From contig NC_134034.1 in NCBI RefSeq assembly GCF_964204645.1, forward strand, positions 10,118,962-10,182,961: DNA of 64,000 bases. Reading direction: 5' to 3'. Source of the DNA: Tubulanus polymorphus. Its lineage: Eukaryota; Animalia; Nemertea. Shown piece after piece: positions 25,410 through 39,020 of this stretch (position 1 is its first letter; the number at the start of each line of letters is the position of its first letter). The notes under the pieces are model-generated. The model was given only the letters and a program-made list of their open reading frames with translations. It was not told the origin of the DNA and searched no databases. The position numbers and the translations under genes were made by a program.

Positions 25410-25890
25410 TACAACTTAAGACCAGTCTAAGCTCATTTTGGTTCTATAACCATTATAACAACTGAAGACCAGTCTAAGCTCATTTTGGTTCTATAACCAA
25501 TCTAACGACTTCAGACCAGTCTTGGCTCATTTTGGTTCTATGGCCAATGTAACAACTTAAGACCAGACTAAGCTCATATTGGTTCGATTACCAATCTAAC
25601 AACTTGACTTCTTTTGGTTCTATGGCCAATCTAATGACTTGAGAGCAGTTCAATATAATTTTGGTTATATCAATCTAATAACACTTAAGACCAGTCTTAG
25701 TTCATTGATCTTCAGGGACCAGTTTTATAGACTGGTATTTGCTTTAAACGGGGCGAACTCAATTCATTTACAATTTACAGTTAGCCCTGGGTTAAAGTTA
25801 ATATCAATCTATAAAACAGTTCTTTATCTAATCTAACTTCTTAAGACCAGTCTGGGTACATACACTTTGGTTCTATAACCAATCGTAAAA
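25410..25890 (+). repeat. Dispersed minisatellite of about 47 bp (TTAAGACCAGTCTAAGCTCATTTTGGTTCTATAACCAATCTAACAAC); also at about 1320-1410, 14505-14580, 33750-33910 (-) and 40027-40265
   Basis: Repeated AAGACCAGTCT motif with shared spacer. Confidence 0.8.
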
Positions 25891-28800
25891 CTCCAGGGTC
25901 GCTGAATATAACTATGGATCCTCAAACATTTAAGGGTTAATAATACAACAAACGACTAAGAAACCAGAGCCTTTACCGCGACGCTGAACACGGACGGACG
26001 TTCGATAAGAACTGACGATACAAATTACTTAATCCGTCGATAGAAAAAAATGCGACATTGTTTGCCGTCGCGTAGCGATACAAAAGAAAATTCGATATGT
26101 TTCTCGGGCTAACAGCGACAAATATTGTAAGACAAGGGCAGTACCGATAGTTCGCAGAGTCTAAAAACATCGAACTATCGAGCAAATTATGGAATTGATT
26201 TGCTGCAACGGAGGATGGCTTTTGAACGAATAATGATGGCAAGTAATGTCTCAATAGGAGCGTTCCTCATTTAGGTCGGCAGAAGATCTTCCCGCGGTAA
26301 CCCTAAATTCCGGATCTTCTTCCCGGTAACCCTATATGCAGGACCTTCCAAGTAACCCTTAATTCGGGATCTCCCATTTTGTGTCGTTTGAAAATATCAC
26401 TCTAATAAGCGATTGAAATAAAGTGAATTTTTTTTCAGAAGAAATCTCTTGATTTCGCTCTTTCCCGGCAACCCTCAATTCGGAGCCCTCCTCCTCTCAC
26501 ACCGTCGACCGGTTGATATTTCTGACATTCGCTGAATATTTTTTTTTTTTCATTAGGCTTACGTATACAAATCGATGGTAATCAAGTCGTAATCATGAGT
26601 TTTCGGGAAGCGCTGCGCTGAGAAATTTCAGCTCGACATTTTCAATTTCCCTCGAGTGTCAAAGTTCGTCTGCTTAAGTCGATTCGACGGTTCGATTTGA
26701 ACCCCTTGAATTAACGCGCTCTAGTTTTCTTCTATTTTTATCGCGTGATTTGATTTGACAGGTCGAACGGCGAAAAACTGACACCCAGACGAGTGTATTC
26801 GAATTTTGATTATTTCGTCTAAATCGAATTAGTCCCACAAGACGCCGTGGATCTGGATCCACAGTCGAATTGAATTCACAAAATTACCGTGGAATGAAAA
26901 TAAGACCAACACAAAGTGTGGAACTGGATTCAAAATCAAATTAAACCCACACAACTGTGGAACTGGATCAAGAATCAAATAAGACCCACACAACTAGTGT
27001 GAAACTGAGTTTTTATTCAAATTAAACCCACACAACTGTTGAACTGGATCCAGAATCAAATTTGACCTGTAGAACCGTTGAACTGGATTAAGAGCAATCC
27101 CAGGAACTGGATCCAGAGTCAAATCAAACCCACAGCTGTGGAACAAGGTTAATAGTCAAATTAAACCCATACAAGTGCCGAACTGGATTCAGAATCAAAT
27201 GAAACACAAAACTGTGGAACTGGATTCAGAGCCGAATTAAACCCACACAACTGTAAAACTGGGTCCAGAGTCAAATCGCTCCATGCTGGGATTTGAATAC
27301 AATCTAGTTTATACAAAGTTATTTTGATGTTTACCGACGCTCATACCGATAACATACGACCAGAATGTATACAGCGATTAAAGCGATCGGATTGTCGTTG
27401 ATATGATCTCGTCTGCGCGTTGTGAGAGACCATCTGTTCATATTCATAACGTTTCACACTGTTACATGTTATACACACACGACAGACTGCGCAAATTTTC
27501 GTAATTACAATACTATTACCGTTGTTTGACCGTGTGCCTATTTGAATGGCCGCTCTTAGCGCAGGGGACTGCATCACCGCATCACCGGATTTCGGATATA
27601 TTGACCCGCCTTTTCTTTCTGATCTTGAAATAGGGATGGTTAACATTATCATTCATTCTATTGATAGATTATATAAAGATCTCAGGCCCGTTGCGAGCTT
27701 TTTTTAGGGGCGGGCTATATCGTGAAAAAGGGCACTTTTCTGTTGAACAAAGGACAGATCTTGAATACGAAGTGCCCGGGTACCTGAATAAATCATTTGA
27801 GAACCGATAATTTTCAATATCCATTAAAAAGCGTGAAAATTGTATCTAAATTTCGAAAAAGACTGCGCCATTTTGATACATACTATTACCCGTTGTTTGG
27901 CCGGGTGCTTATTCGAATGGAATAAAACCTACCAGCCGAGAACGAAACATCGGATTTCATTTCGAAACCGAAAAAGTGCATCTTCCGTCGATATACAGAA
28001 TTCTTGCATAAAGCGAAGTGTATTGTACACATTTTCTTTTTACATCAAACACTATTTTAGATGTCACAGGACCGCTTTTTAAAAATCACGTAAAATAAAA
28101 TTCCACGGAAGGATGCAGTCCAGAGGAATATTGATAGTATCTGCAATTGCCACCGTACAAACTACCAGCCCAGTTATTCGTGTAATGATTTCTATTACAG
28201 GGCAGCAATTTAGGACACCAAAGTCACGAAAATAAAACGAACCGTGTTTCTTTTCTTTTTTCTAACGACAGAAGACGCCGACGCGGAAACCTAATGGTGT
28301 TGTGTAGGAAACGCTATATTTTCTACCCGGGATAATGGCGCCTATACTGCGACGAAAATTGGATAATTACAAAAAACCCCTCGCGATCTTACGAATTATT
28401 GTCAATCTCTTCTTAGCGAGAGAGAGTGAGAGCGGGAGAGTGAGAGAAACCTCCTGCCGGTAATCAGCTCACAGCCGCCATTATGAACGGATCGAACGCG
28501 CGGATTGTGTAGTTGTTTTTTTTCTTAAATAATCGCCGGTGCTGATTACCGCTCCGTTGATTGGCTATTAAAAAAACGGCGCCATCCCGTGACGTATTCG
28601 CTGGCGATTTTTTCCCTGCAGACGATATTTACGCGTCGTAGGTGCGCGAGAAACTTGACTTGACGACGCCATAGCGCGCGCGCGAAACTAATAATTCTGG
28701 AAACATATTTTCGTTGCCCTATGCAACGCAGATGACGCGTGGAAACCAAGAAACAGGGAATCAAACGTGTTTGATCTCGAAGATGTTGTTTTTCGAAACC

Positions 28801-30584
28801 ACGTTTCTCGATTCTTGTAAACGCAGACGACAGACGGCGAAACGCTCGGAAACTTTTTTATGTTTCATTTTCCGTGTTTCCCTGCGTCGAGTGCGTTTGG
28901 CTAGTCGAAGTATTGAGTCACTCTCAAAGAGGACGATGGAAGAATGAAGTAGCATAAGCTTTTGGTCGAAGATGAAAAATCTCTTTTAACGCCATTTGTA
29001 CCAGTCGAGAGTCTCTATCTATCTCAGCCTTCAAATCCAGATTGAAAGCTTTTCTTTCTAAAAACATCCATGGTGATTAATTTAATTTAACTTGTACTTT
29101 TATAATGTTGTTTTAGATTGCAAAGTGCAGTGGTTAATATTTTATAACCGCGCTATATAAGAAAATATATTATCATCATTATCATCATTAAAATACATCC
29201 TGCACTGGTCAATTCGCTCATAGGTCGGCTGAAGCACGTATACTTGCGAATAGAGGTGTGTTGGGCTTGTGAGGGAAATTCAAATCGAATCAAGATAATC
29301 CAACATTCAAATGTATACATTACGAGGGACGACGACTCTCTTTTTTCAAGACGAAAAGAATAAAAATGGATAAGGTGATAACTAAATTGGGACTTTAGAG
29401 AACTCAGAATATTGTGGAACTATTTCTAGTTCCACGACATTCTGAGTTCGAGTTAAATTCTGAGTTGAAATCAGTTCAACTTCATCGAGGTAAAATCCGA
29501 ATCAAATCTAAACTAAAAACGGATTGAATAATTCTCGAGTCGACAGTTCAAATGTGGCTCTAAATCTATCGTTAAAAACACCAGGAACTACATAGTTCGC
29601 TGGAGCTGTACCGATTTAAAGGTCAATCCGTTTCAGCAACCGGCCTCATAAATTTCCCCGACGCATGCATCTTTCATTGGATGGCAAATAAGAAAACGGT
29701 GTCTTCTGTCATCGTCCATAAATATGTCGGCACAGCTAGCAAACTAACAAAACGTCGCGTGGCAATACTGTACGTACGTACTTAAATCTAATTAATACAA
29801 CTGAAGAAGACTAGTGGGTTCGACCGGTCGAGTGCATAATCTCGTCTCCCATCGGGATAATTTTACCGAATAATCATACGAGATGCGTAGTTATAATTCA
29901 ACAACCGAGTTCGCGGAGACGATGATAAAGACGATGACGATGACGATGACGATGATTATATATGTATATAAGTAATCTAGTGGCGTGGAGAGCTGTTGTT
30001 GTCGTTGAAGAGCAGCCGACAGTTCACCTCCTAAACGCTGAAAGACATTTATTAGTCGACTATTAACGTTTCGATTACTGTAAGATGGCCGCGCGGCTCA
30101 GGCGGGGACAAATACGTTTACCTTCAGGCTGGTAATTTGTTTTCAATCCCGGCGGATTAGCGCCGCTGGACCACGGCCACCGTCGTCCGTCCATCTACAG
30201 TCTACTCGAGAAGCGGCGTAAACAAATACACAGTCTCTCGCGTCGTTCTCATTTCTCGACGTCGTTTGTCGAAGTGTCGTATGTCCGTTGTCGTATGGCG
30301 GTACGTGACGTCTGAGCTACTGCGGCTAGATCGCCTTGTCAACGCTGTCAGGCGGAATGACGGCGTTACGATAAAACTAAACTTTCTAAACACCGCGTCT
30401 TTGTGCCTGATGTCTGCGATGAGGGCTTTTTTCGAATGTACTGTTAGGCAGCCCCGTGTAACAGGGAACAGTTTTTCACCATTTGACTCCTGGATCAAAT
30501 TTGGATACAACCAGGGTTCCTGAGTTAACTACTCAGTATCCCGCTATCCTGTACCAGGGGGAAGGGCTGCGTTGAAGAGCCCCG

Positions 30585-30694
30585 GGGCCTGGTTCTATAG
30601 ACCGGTATCACCTTTACCCCGGAGGCTAACTCAATTCATTTTCAATTTAGTTAGCCCCCCGGTTAAAGGTAATACCGATCAATAAAACTGGCCC
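30585..30694. mobile_element. MITE family E (about 110-bp hairpin); other copies at about 8593-8709 and 25714-25822
   Basis: GGGGCCTGGTTCTATAGACCGGTAT...ATACCGATCAATAAAACTGGCCCC with central AACTCAATTCATTTTCAAT. Confidence 0.7.
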
Positions 30695-31413
30695 CATAAT
30701 ATTTGGAAATTATACCGTCTCCAAATGCAATCTGAGCGTTTGTGTGAACGTCAAATTTAATTTTTCACAAATCGTAAATACCCCCCCTCATCCTTATTGT
30801 GGCTGGGGCTTCGTTTTTTCAACGAGTATACCAACCTCTCTCAACTATAGTGACGGCAATCGGCTGATGGCCTCTCGCCCACGTGGATTCTGAGGTTATC
30901 AATATTTTACACGACCCCTTTTCGATACTTACGTTTACAACTCAAGTTTGTTCGGCATAAAAACCGACAGAGTATCTAAAGCAACGTCGTACACCGCGTG
31001 TACGAAATTGGAAAATTGGAAAAATTAAGTGTATGCAATCAACTCACTATAAAACCCGCATTCTCTTCAGAAAAAAATCCAATTAATACGTCACCGAAAT
31101 TGAGTTACTGGTTTAAATATTTAGGTCGTAACGGTTTTTTTGGCATCGATACGAAAAAACTACTGGAGCTTTACTTTATTTCATAATTCATCGCGTTCTA
31201 AAGTAGTGTACATGTATTTATGATGAACTACCGAGGCATTCCGATAGTCGCTTTCGAGTGCCTGAAAAACTGTTTGCTTTCAAAATACCGACGATCACGC
31301 CGCTGCTATTCGCGTCGGAGATTGCTGTCTCGAATTTTACTCATACCGAAAACTGCATGGCTCCGAGCTGCTGAAATATCTGACTTAATTATTTCAAAAT
31401 CGAATCGCACAGT

Positions 31414-32017
31414 CCCTCTCCCTCTCCCTCTCCCTCTCCCTCTCCTCTCTCCCTCTCCCTCTCCCTCTCCCTCTCCCTCTCTCCCTCTCCCTCTCCCTCT
31501 CCCTCTCCCTCTCCCTCTCCCTCTCCCTCTCCCTCTCCCTCTCCCTCTCCCTCTCCCTCTCCCTCTCCCTCTCCCTCTCCCTCTCCCTCTCCCTCTCCCT
31601 CTCCCTCTCCCTCTCCCTCTCCCTCTCCCTCTCCCTCTCCCTCTCCCTCTCCCTCTCCCTCTCCCTCTCCCTCTCCCTCTCCCTCTCCCTCTCCCTCTCC
31701 CTCTCCCTCTCCCTCTCCCTCTCCCTCTCCCTCTCCCTCTCCCTCTCCCTCTCCCTCTCCCTCTCCCTCTCCCTCTCCCTCTCCCTCTCCCTCTCCCTCT
31801 CCCTCTCCCTCTCCCTCTCCCTCTCCCTCTCCCTCTCCCTCTCCCTCTCCCTCTCCCTCTCCCTCTCCCTCTCCCTCTCCCTCTCCCTCTCCCTCTCCCT
31901 CTCCCTCTCCCTCTCCCTCTCCCTCTCCCTCTCCCTCTCCCTCTCCCTCTCCCTCTCCCTCTCCCTCTCCCTCTCCCTCTCCCTCTCCCTCTCCCTCTCC
32001 CTCTCCCTCTCCCTCTC
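31414..32017 (+). repeat. (CCCTCT)n microsatellite, about 100 units
   Basis: Near-perfect hexamer run of about 600 bp. Confidence 0.98.
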
Positions 32018-34792
32018 TGGGTGGCGGTTCCACGGATTATAAGAAAAAAAGCAATAATCAAAGCCACCCTATGAGACATTCTTCTATAGCTAATTCCAGT
32101 TCAATGTCATTCTATGCATTTTTCTACCTTGCGAAAATTCAACCATTTTCGTCTCCCAAATTATAAAATACCTGGCATGCTTACGCATCTTCTTATATTT
32201 TAGCAGACCTAGCATATTGTACTTGGCCCTTTCAGCGACCCCGACTTTCGCATTCAACCATCTTGGTCCTTCGTCTTCCAGAACATAGAATTCTACCAAA
32301 ATTCTGGCATATCGTCAGAATGGGTTCCTGGCCTGATAGATGACTCCTGAGCGCCTAGACGCTGCTCGGATGTTACTTCTCTCCAGGGAGAGACGACCGA
32401 TACATGATGACTGATAACATTAACATATTATCATCTGTAAGTTCATAATGTAATGTAATTCGTAAAATAAATAATAATAATAATAAATAATGATGAATAA
32501 TAATAAATAAAAGCTGGGGGTAATAATAATACCAATTTGAGCGCATTTGAACTGACTCTGTTTAAGATCCCGCGCTGTAAATGAGATTATTATCGATTAT
32601 TATTAATGTTATGAGACGTTTAGGTCAGTAGACCATCCCCGCCTGAGATCGGGGCGTATTTTCCCGATGAACCCACAGTGTAATAACGGCTTGTACGCCG
32701 CCCGCGCGTGAACCGCACACACGTGTATAGATAGTGAACGCGGTTATCGCGGTTTTTTTGTTATTTTTATGGTTAACGCGTCGGTGAAAATGATATTTCT
32801 GTGCGGCCGATATTTTTATGAATTATGAACGGCGTTGTTTACTGTAGATTACGAACGTTTGAATTGTTTTTAAACGCGTAGATCTTCGTTTTTGATATAC
32901 GCTGCTGGTTTATACGTATATCGGGTGCCGTGATACTGATAAATCGCGCATCGCTTTCTGACGAGAAGGAATATTTTCTCATCGAATTCGTGGAATAACC
33001 CGGGGACAGATCCAAGGCGCCTCACGGGGACGGTTCCGGAGCACAGGGAACGTGATACTTTTTCCTCCGCCAATAACTAATGGCAGCACAGAAGATACAG
33101 TTTATACTCTTTGATTTTCCTAAATGCTGGCTAATGTCGACGAGCGACGCGACGCAACCGATCGTAGCCCAGCTTATGTCGAATGCGCTCCGATTCCAAG
33201 CAACTGAATCCGATTATCGGGATACGAAATCCCCCCAAGTTTCCCTGCTTATGTCGGTTACGATTACTAGCGACTGCCCTGGCTCAGATGGTCACGTGAT
33301 AAGCATTTTTGAAAATAAAGTTAAGTACCAGGAAATGGTATAAAAACGTACTGGATTTCCTCAATCTTTAGACCTCTGGTTTGGCTTGGCGATTTAGTTG
33401 GTATTTTATTCTAAATTATAATCTCCGAATGACATAAAAGGAGGATATTTACCCATCATATCGTGTATGCAGGCATATGGGTGACATTCTTTTTCAAACC
33501 ATATTTTTTCCGGTGACATTTAACGGTGTATTAAGGCTAATTATTGAACGGTTTATGTTCATCATTGTTCGGCATTCCATGGTGGCAATATTCATTTCCA
33601 GCTGTTACGACATCGCATTCGAAACCGGTAAACATTAAACGCACCTTTGCTAACCGCGTACATTGACGTTTTGAATCCGGCCGCAAATAGCGACTGGATC
33701 CTGGACCCACAGTTTGTTACCGTCGCAAGAACTAAGATGGATTTCGGCTGGTCTTAAGTTATTAGATTGTCTACAGAACCAAAATGAGCATAAACTGTAA
33801 AGTTTTTAGATTGGTTATCGAACCCGAAAATGAGCTTAGACTGGTCTTTAGTTGTAAGATTGTTATATAACCAAAATAAGCAGAGGCTGGTTTTAAGTGG
33901 CGGGCTATAGAACCACGAACCACGAAGTTCGTATATCAAATTTTGTCTTACATCTTAACCTTGACTCGACCTACATTAGCGGTTCTTCAATACGTGGCTC
34001 CGCGCCAGGCTATTTCGATCGCCGTTACCAACTTCCGGCGTAGCAGCGGTATCAATATTAACAGCGCTTCCGAACGGCCACGAGACGCATAGAAAAATAC
34101 TCAATTATTTATGATCGAGATTGCAGGTGACACGTGACCCGGGATATCGATGATAAGTTTTCATGTTTTATAGTCTTTTAGAACGTACGTAGCGTGGGCT
34201 AGAAACAGAACCGAATGAAAAATACATGCGTCGATCCAAACTGAGCGTAGCATAACATTATCCCGTTTCGTTCCCTGCAGGCGGCGTGATCTTGGCTTGA
34301 AGGACCCTTCCGCTAGATGGCACTGTTCGAAACGAGTGAAACGAGCAGACACAAAGAATAACATCGATCAAAACAATCAAGCAAATAATAGTCTTAATCG
34401 CAATATGATTGAGAGGACCGTTCTATATTTTAAAGATTTTAAAAACCCACGTAAGCAAACCCAACCCTAACGCGTCACCAGTTGAATCATTTAGATACGT
34501 AGTTGTCGACTGAGCATTACTCAAGTCGAACATGTGACGTCGCAATAAACACCGTTATTAACGACCGACGTTCAATAGAATCGGCGCGGTTTGAATTCGA
34601 GTCTCTTATGGACGATTTACATTCATCAGCGAGTCTCTTTATTCAATAGACTTTCGTGTCCTTAATGTTTAATGTAACACTAGCAGCAAACTACAAAATG
34701 TTTCTTCAACGTCGTAAATAGGATTTTGAACGGTTGATAGGTTTTTTCTTAGTCAGCGCTTTTGTCGCATTGTAACGAAATCGAAATCAGTC

Positions 34793-34865
34793 GGTCCTGT
34801 GGCCCAATGGATAAGGCATCTGACTACGAATCAGGGGATTCCAGGTTCGAGTCCTGGCAGGATCG
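34793..34865 (+). tRNA. tRNA-Arg(ACG)
   Basis: Identical to the 8980 copy; T-run terminator at about 34893-34901. Confidence 0.95.
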
Positions 34866-35905
34866 TTTACAAATTTGTGAAAGGCAAAATAATTTTTTTT
34901 TGTATGTGAATGCACGCACAGGAATGTGGGATTTTGTAAAAACGACGCCCCGTTTTCAGATAATGGCTTATTTCATTATCATTTAGCAGTTTATGATTTT
35001 ACAGGACCATTTTCACAGTCGAAAGATAAAATCATCAAGTAATCTTAGAAATTAAACTAACAACGCGTATCAAAGAAATCCTTAATCAGTGGACATACCC
35101 AAAGCCCATCAATGCACATGTTTCTCCGATATAGCTGGTGGTGCATATATGGATTCAGGATTTATTGAGTAATATTGTCTGTCGCGCAGAGTGCAATATT
35201 TGACAGAAGATAGAGACTATCGCAAATCCGTTTGTTTACTTTTCATCTTCATCGCATTTCAATTACAAACCACATATGCTCCCGTGGGTTCAGGCTATAG
35301 GCCTGAGCGCGTTCACACACACACGCACACGCACACGCACACGCACACGCACACTACCGGTAGACCCTTCCGTACCTGGAACGGGCCAAATTGACTAAAC
35401 GGACCAAATCAGGACCACATGTTAAGTTTGGTGAAAACACTATTCCGTTTATCGGAAGATGAAGTCTGAAAAGTTATCTTTATATTATAAATCTATTCAT
35501 TCGACGTATCGTATTGAACGAACGTACGAAGATATATATTCTATAATAAGATATGAATTTGACGATAAGGCTATAAGGCGCGTTTGCATTAGTACCGGTA
35601 TTTGCAGACGGCGCAGTCGTTTGTCTGAAATTTAAGGATTATTCACCAAATAAACCAAAGCGTGTTGAATATCAAATTAAAATTTGCCGAGAAGTACATT
35701 TCAAACAGAATTTTTTTCCGCATGACAGCTTTTTAATCAGTTCAATGAATTGTCTTCTGCCGGGTGCATTCCCAGACGGGAAGCTTGGATTTTAGATAAG
35801 TGATGTCATGTGTGTAAGTATTTGTAAATATGTCAAAATAAATTCCAGCCGCAACTATCGCTGCAGCTTTCTCTTTGAAAAGTTAAGTTTTGCAAAAAAC
35901 ATTCG

Positions 35906-35978
35906 CGATCCTGCCAGGACTCGAACCTGGAATCCCCTGATTCGTAGTCAGATGCCTTATCCATTGGGCCACAGGACC
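35906..35978 (-). tRNA. tRNA-Arg(ACG)
   Basis: Exact reverse complement of the other two copies; A6 at 35894-35899 is a T6 terminator on the minus strand. Confidence 0.95.
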
Positions 35979-36499
35979 GGTTACGTAACGCCGTCGAACG
36001 TGAAGCCCAATTGCATGGTTAAACATTCAAAAGATGAACAAGGAACTTGATTTCAAAATCATCGTTGTGGTGGGTTTGTAAGGGACACTAAATAAAAATG
36101 AATCCCGATAATGATAGATATTCGGATCGTTTTTAGCAGCGAAAATGGCGAATTTGTATTTTCGGAAACTTTTTCTATGCACGAGTCGCGATGACTGTAG
36201 AAACATCCAAGCGGAGGGCGGTAGGGGGTACGCGCCACTCTAAAAACGTCAATTTGCCCCAGAATTTTGATGTTATATTATGAAAAATGTTAAACATAGA
36301 ACATCAAACAATGAATCCAAAGTTTGAATTCATAATGTTTTTTTTCTCTGCGTACCGAAAATGAGGTAAATGAGGTTTTCCTATTAATAGTATTATGTGC
36401 CCTATTTGGGAGGTTCCCCCTCCCTGAATTAGATCCTAGACCGCCCCTGACCATTTTTCAAAAAATAATATGATGAAGTCATAGGTCGTGACTGATCAT

Positions 36500-37090
36500 A
36501 ATAATAATGATAATCTATTTTCTTTTTTAAGCGCAGTATACTATAGAATGCTAGCTGCACTTTACAATGTTTACGATGTAATTATGACAATAATATACAT
36601 AAATATCGGAACAGTTAAAAAAGGCACAGTCAATAATAAGATCATGGAAAATAGGTGCGTTGCTGCTTGGATGATTGTTTGAATGAACCGGAACCGAAAT
36701 TTCCAATTATGTACTTCGATTTTGAAAAAAATTATGTAACCTCGACCAACGACAAATCGGCCACATTTTGTACTTCGATTTCCGATTTCCGAATCAAATC
36801 CCCTGTTTCGCTCCCGGCAGTGTGGTGGGTTTGTAAGGGACACCAAAACAGAATATCAAACGAAATCTACCAATCAAATGAATAACAGGGCCAATCCCTA
36901 TTTCAAGATAAAAAAGACACGTTTTAAGATTTTGTTAAAAGTAGATTTGAGTGTAACACTAAATTTAACTTGATCAGGTATTGCATTCCAAAGACTTGGA
37001 CCAGCGATCTTAAAGGCCCTTTCACCATAATTGCGGTTTGATGTTGGTTTTAATTGACTCGAGCGAAGGGACCTTGTAGGCACGTAAAAC
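36500..37090 (-). mobile_element. Degraded 3' end of an L2-group LINE
   Basis: YVPTRSLRSS..YGERAFKIAGPSLWNAIP..TFNKILKRVFF (36898-37090); L2-like tail TGTAAAGTGC..GCGC..ATTATTAT at 36550-36500. Confidence 0.65.
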
Positions 37091-38690
37091 ATTGAGAAGT
37101 GACTTGAGGTATTCCGGAACAGCGTTAACAAGACATTTATATACTATATCTTATGCTATTTATAGATAAGCCATCTTTTCTGCTTGATATCATAAGGATC
37201 TATCGTTAATTAATTAATTAATGAATTAATTAATGATCAGGATGATTAATAATAATTCGAAATAATCAACTACTTACGCTATGGCGCGTCGGGTACGATC
37301 CGTTTGTTTATTGTAAATCCGTGAATGATTTGTTTCAACAAAGTTTAGTTTACTTAACGTGTTGTGTGAGCGCGCGAGAGCCGTTCGTCAGTGGTTCGCC
37401 GAGCTGGAGGAGTGAGGGCTGATAGCGGTCGTGTGGCTGACGCGCTACCGCATTGTCAACACGCATCGGTCGCGTTTGCCTAGCGTCGTGCTAATCATCA
37501 GATAGAGATCTCTGGACTCTGTTCCACAGTTGTGTGGGTTTGATTTGACTCTGGATCCAGTTCCTCGGTTACGTTGGTTTAATTTGACTGTGAACCCAGT
37601 TCCAAAGTTGTTTGGAATTTGACTCTGAACCCAGTTCCACAGTTGTGAGGGTTTAATTTGACTCTGGATCCAGTTCCACGGGTTTAAATCCAGTTCCAAA
37701 GTTGTTCGGGTTTAGTTTGACTCTGCACTCAGTTACACAGTTGTGTGGGTTTAATTTGACTGAATCCAGTTCCATAGTTGTTTGGGTTTAGTTTGACTCT
37801 GAATCCAGTTCCACAGTGTTGTGTGGGTTTTATTTGACTCTGAATCCAGTTACATAGTTGTGTGTGTTTGATTTCACAGTCACAGAACCCAATTTCAGGA
37901 CAGCTGGATGCGTTTTCCAGTCGTGTAGGAGGGTTTACGCGCATACCGCGCATTTTAGCGCCACTAGCGGTCGCCGCCGTGGATGAAAAGAATCGTCGCG
38001 AGCGGAGAATACGCATATGTCGTCTGATAACTGTAGAGATAGTAATAACCGAACAAACATGATTAATAATATTCCCCCTCCCTCTCTCTTTCTCTCTCTC
38101 AGTCAGTCGGTCGGTATTAATATTACAATATATAGTTAGTTACAATATGACCCGTATATTTATACAACAGATTGCCGTTATCTCTCTCGGTCTTTATCTG
38201 CCGCCAGTTCCCACCTTTCCTCCCTGTTCACCCTCCGTTCACCCGTCACCAACTGCCTCCCTACCTCACCTCCATCATTCTCCATCATCTTTATTATTCT
38301 GCTCACCCTATAAATATCCCTCTATCTACCTCCCCAACTCTCCCTCTTTCTCTCCTTCACCGCCTCTATCCCCCCTTGATTGAAATTGAACTGATTTTGA
38401 TAAAGTTAGTATACCAATACGAATTTATTTACACTCAAACCATTTCCATGGTACGCGGAGGAAAACTATTTCAGGTACAAATATCTTAACAAAACTAGTG
38501 AGTGATGAAAATTTACAATATATACTATTATTGGAAGGAATCTACATACATCTAAGCCGAATTTAAACGTAAAAAGAATATATCTCTGGTTTCAATGTAA
38601 GACTGAGTGTTCGTCACGCCATCTGGCGTGATAGTCGGTGTCTTTATTCCTCGTTAACATATACAATTCACAAAATTTCGCTCACGCAAT

Positions 38691-39020
38691 GGGGTACCGC
38701 ACTCACCAGATGGCGTAACAATACGTTCATGAAACCTATTGCAAACTAGGTCATTTTCAAAGAACTTTGAACTGGCATCTTTGACTCCCAAATGGAAACG
38801 TTGTCAAACAAGTCATCATATAGATATGAGATCGACGTCTCCGGTGAGTGTATGGTATTGTTTTACGGAAAATTGATTTTACTAATAAGGATACGAATTT
38901 AATTGAAATTTAGACTAAATTGAAGTGCAGAAACCGAGTAACCACTAGCGAACCTGGCGGATCCTCGCCTGCCATAGTACGCGGAATCCTCGATTGCCAC
39001 AGTAGCGGTGCGGGTACCCT
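38691..39020 (+). mobile_element. MITE family C, AT TSD
   Basis: AT|GGGGTACCGCAC...GTGCGGGTACCCT|AT; colinear with the 47739 copy. Confidence 0.8.

Noticed and set aside
31220-32079. Long ORFs of poly(LP), poly(GR) and poly(EG)
   Set aside because: Stop-free translations of the (CCCTCT)n microsatellite. The same applies to ORFs at 56565-57220, 58889-59517, 45587-45954 and 49078-49429.
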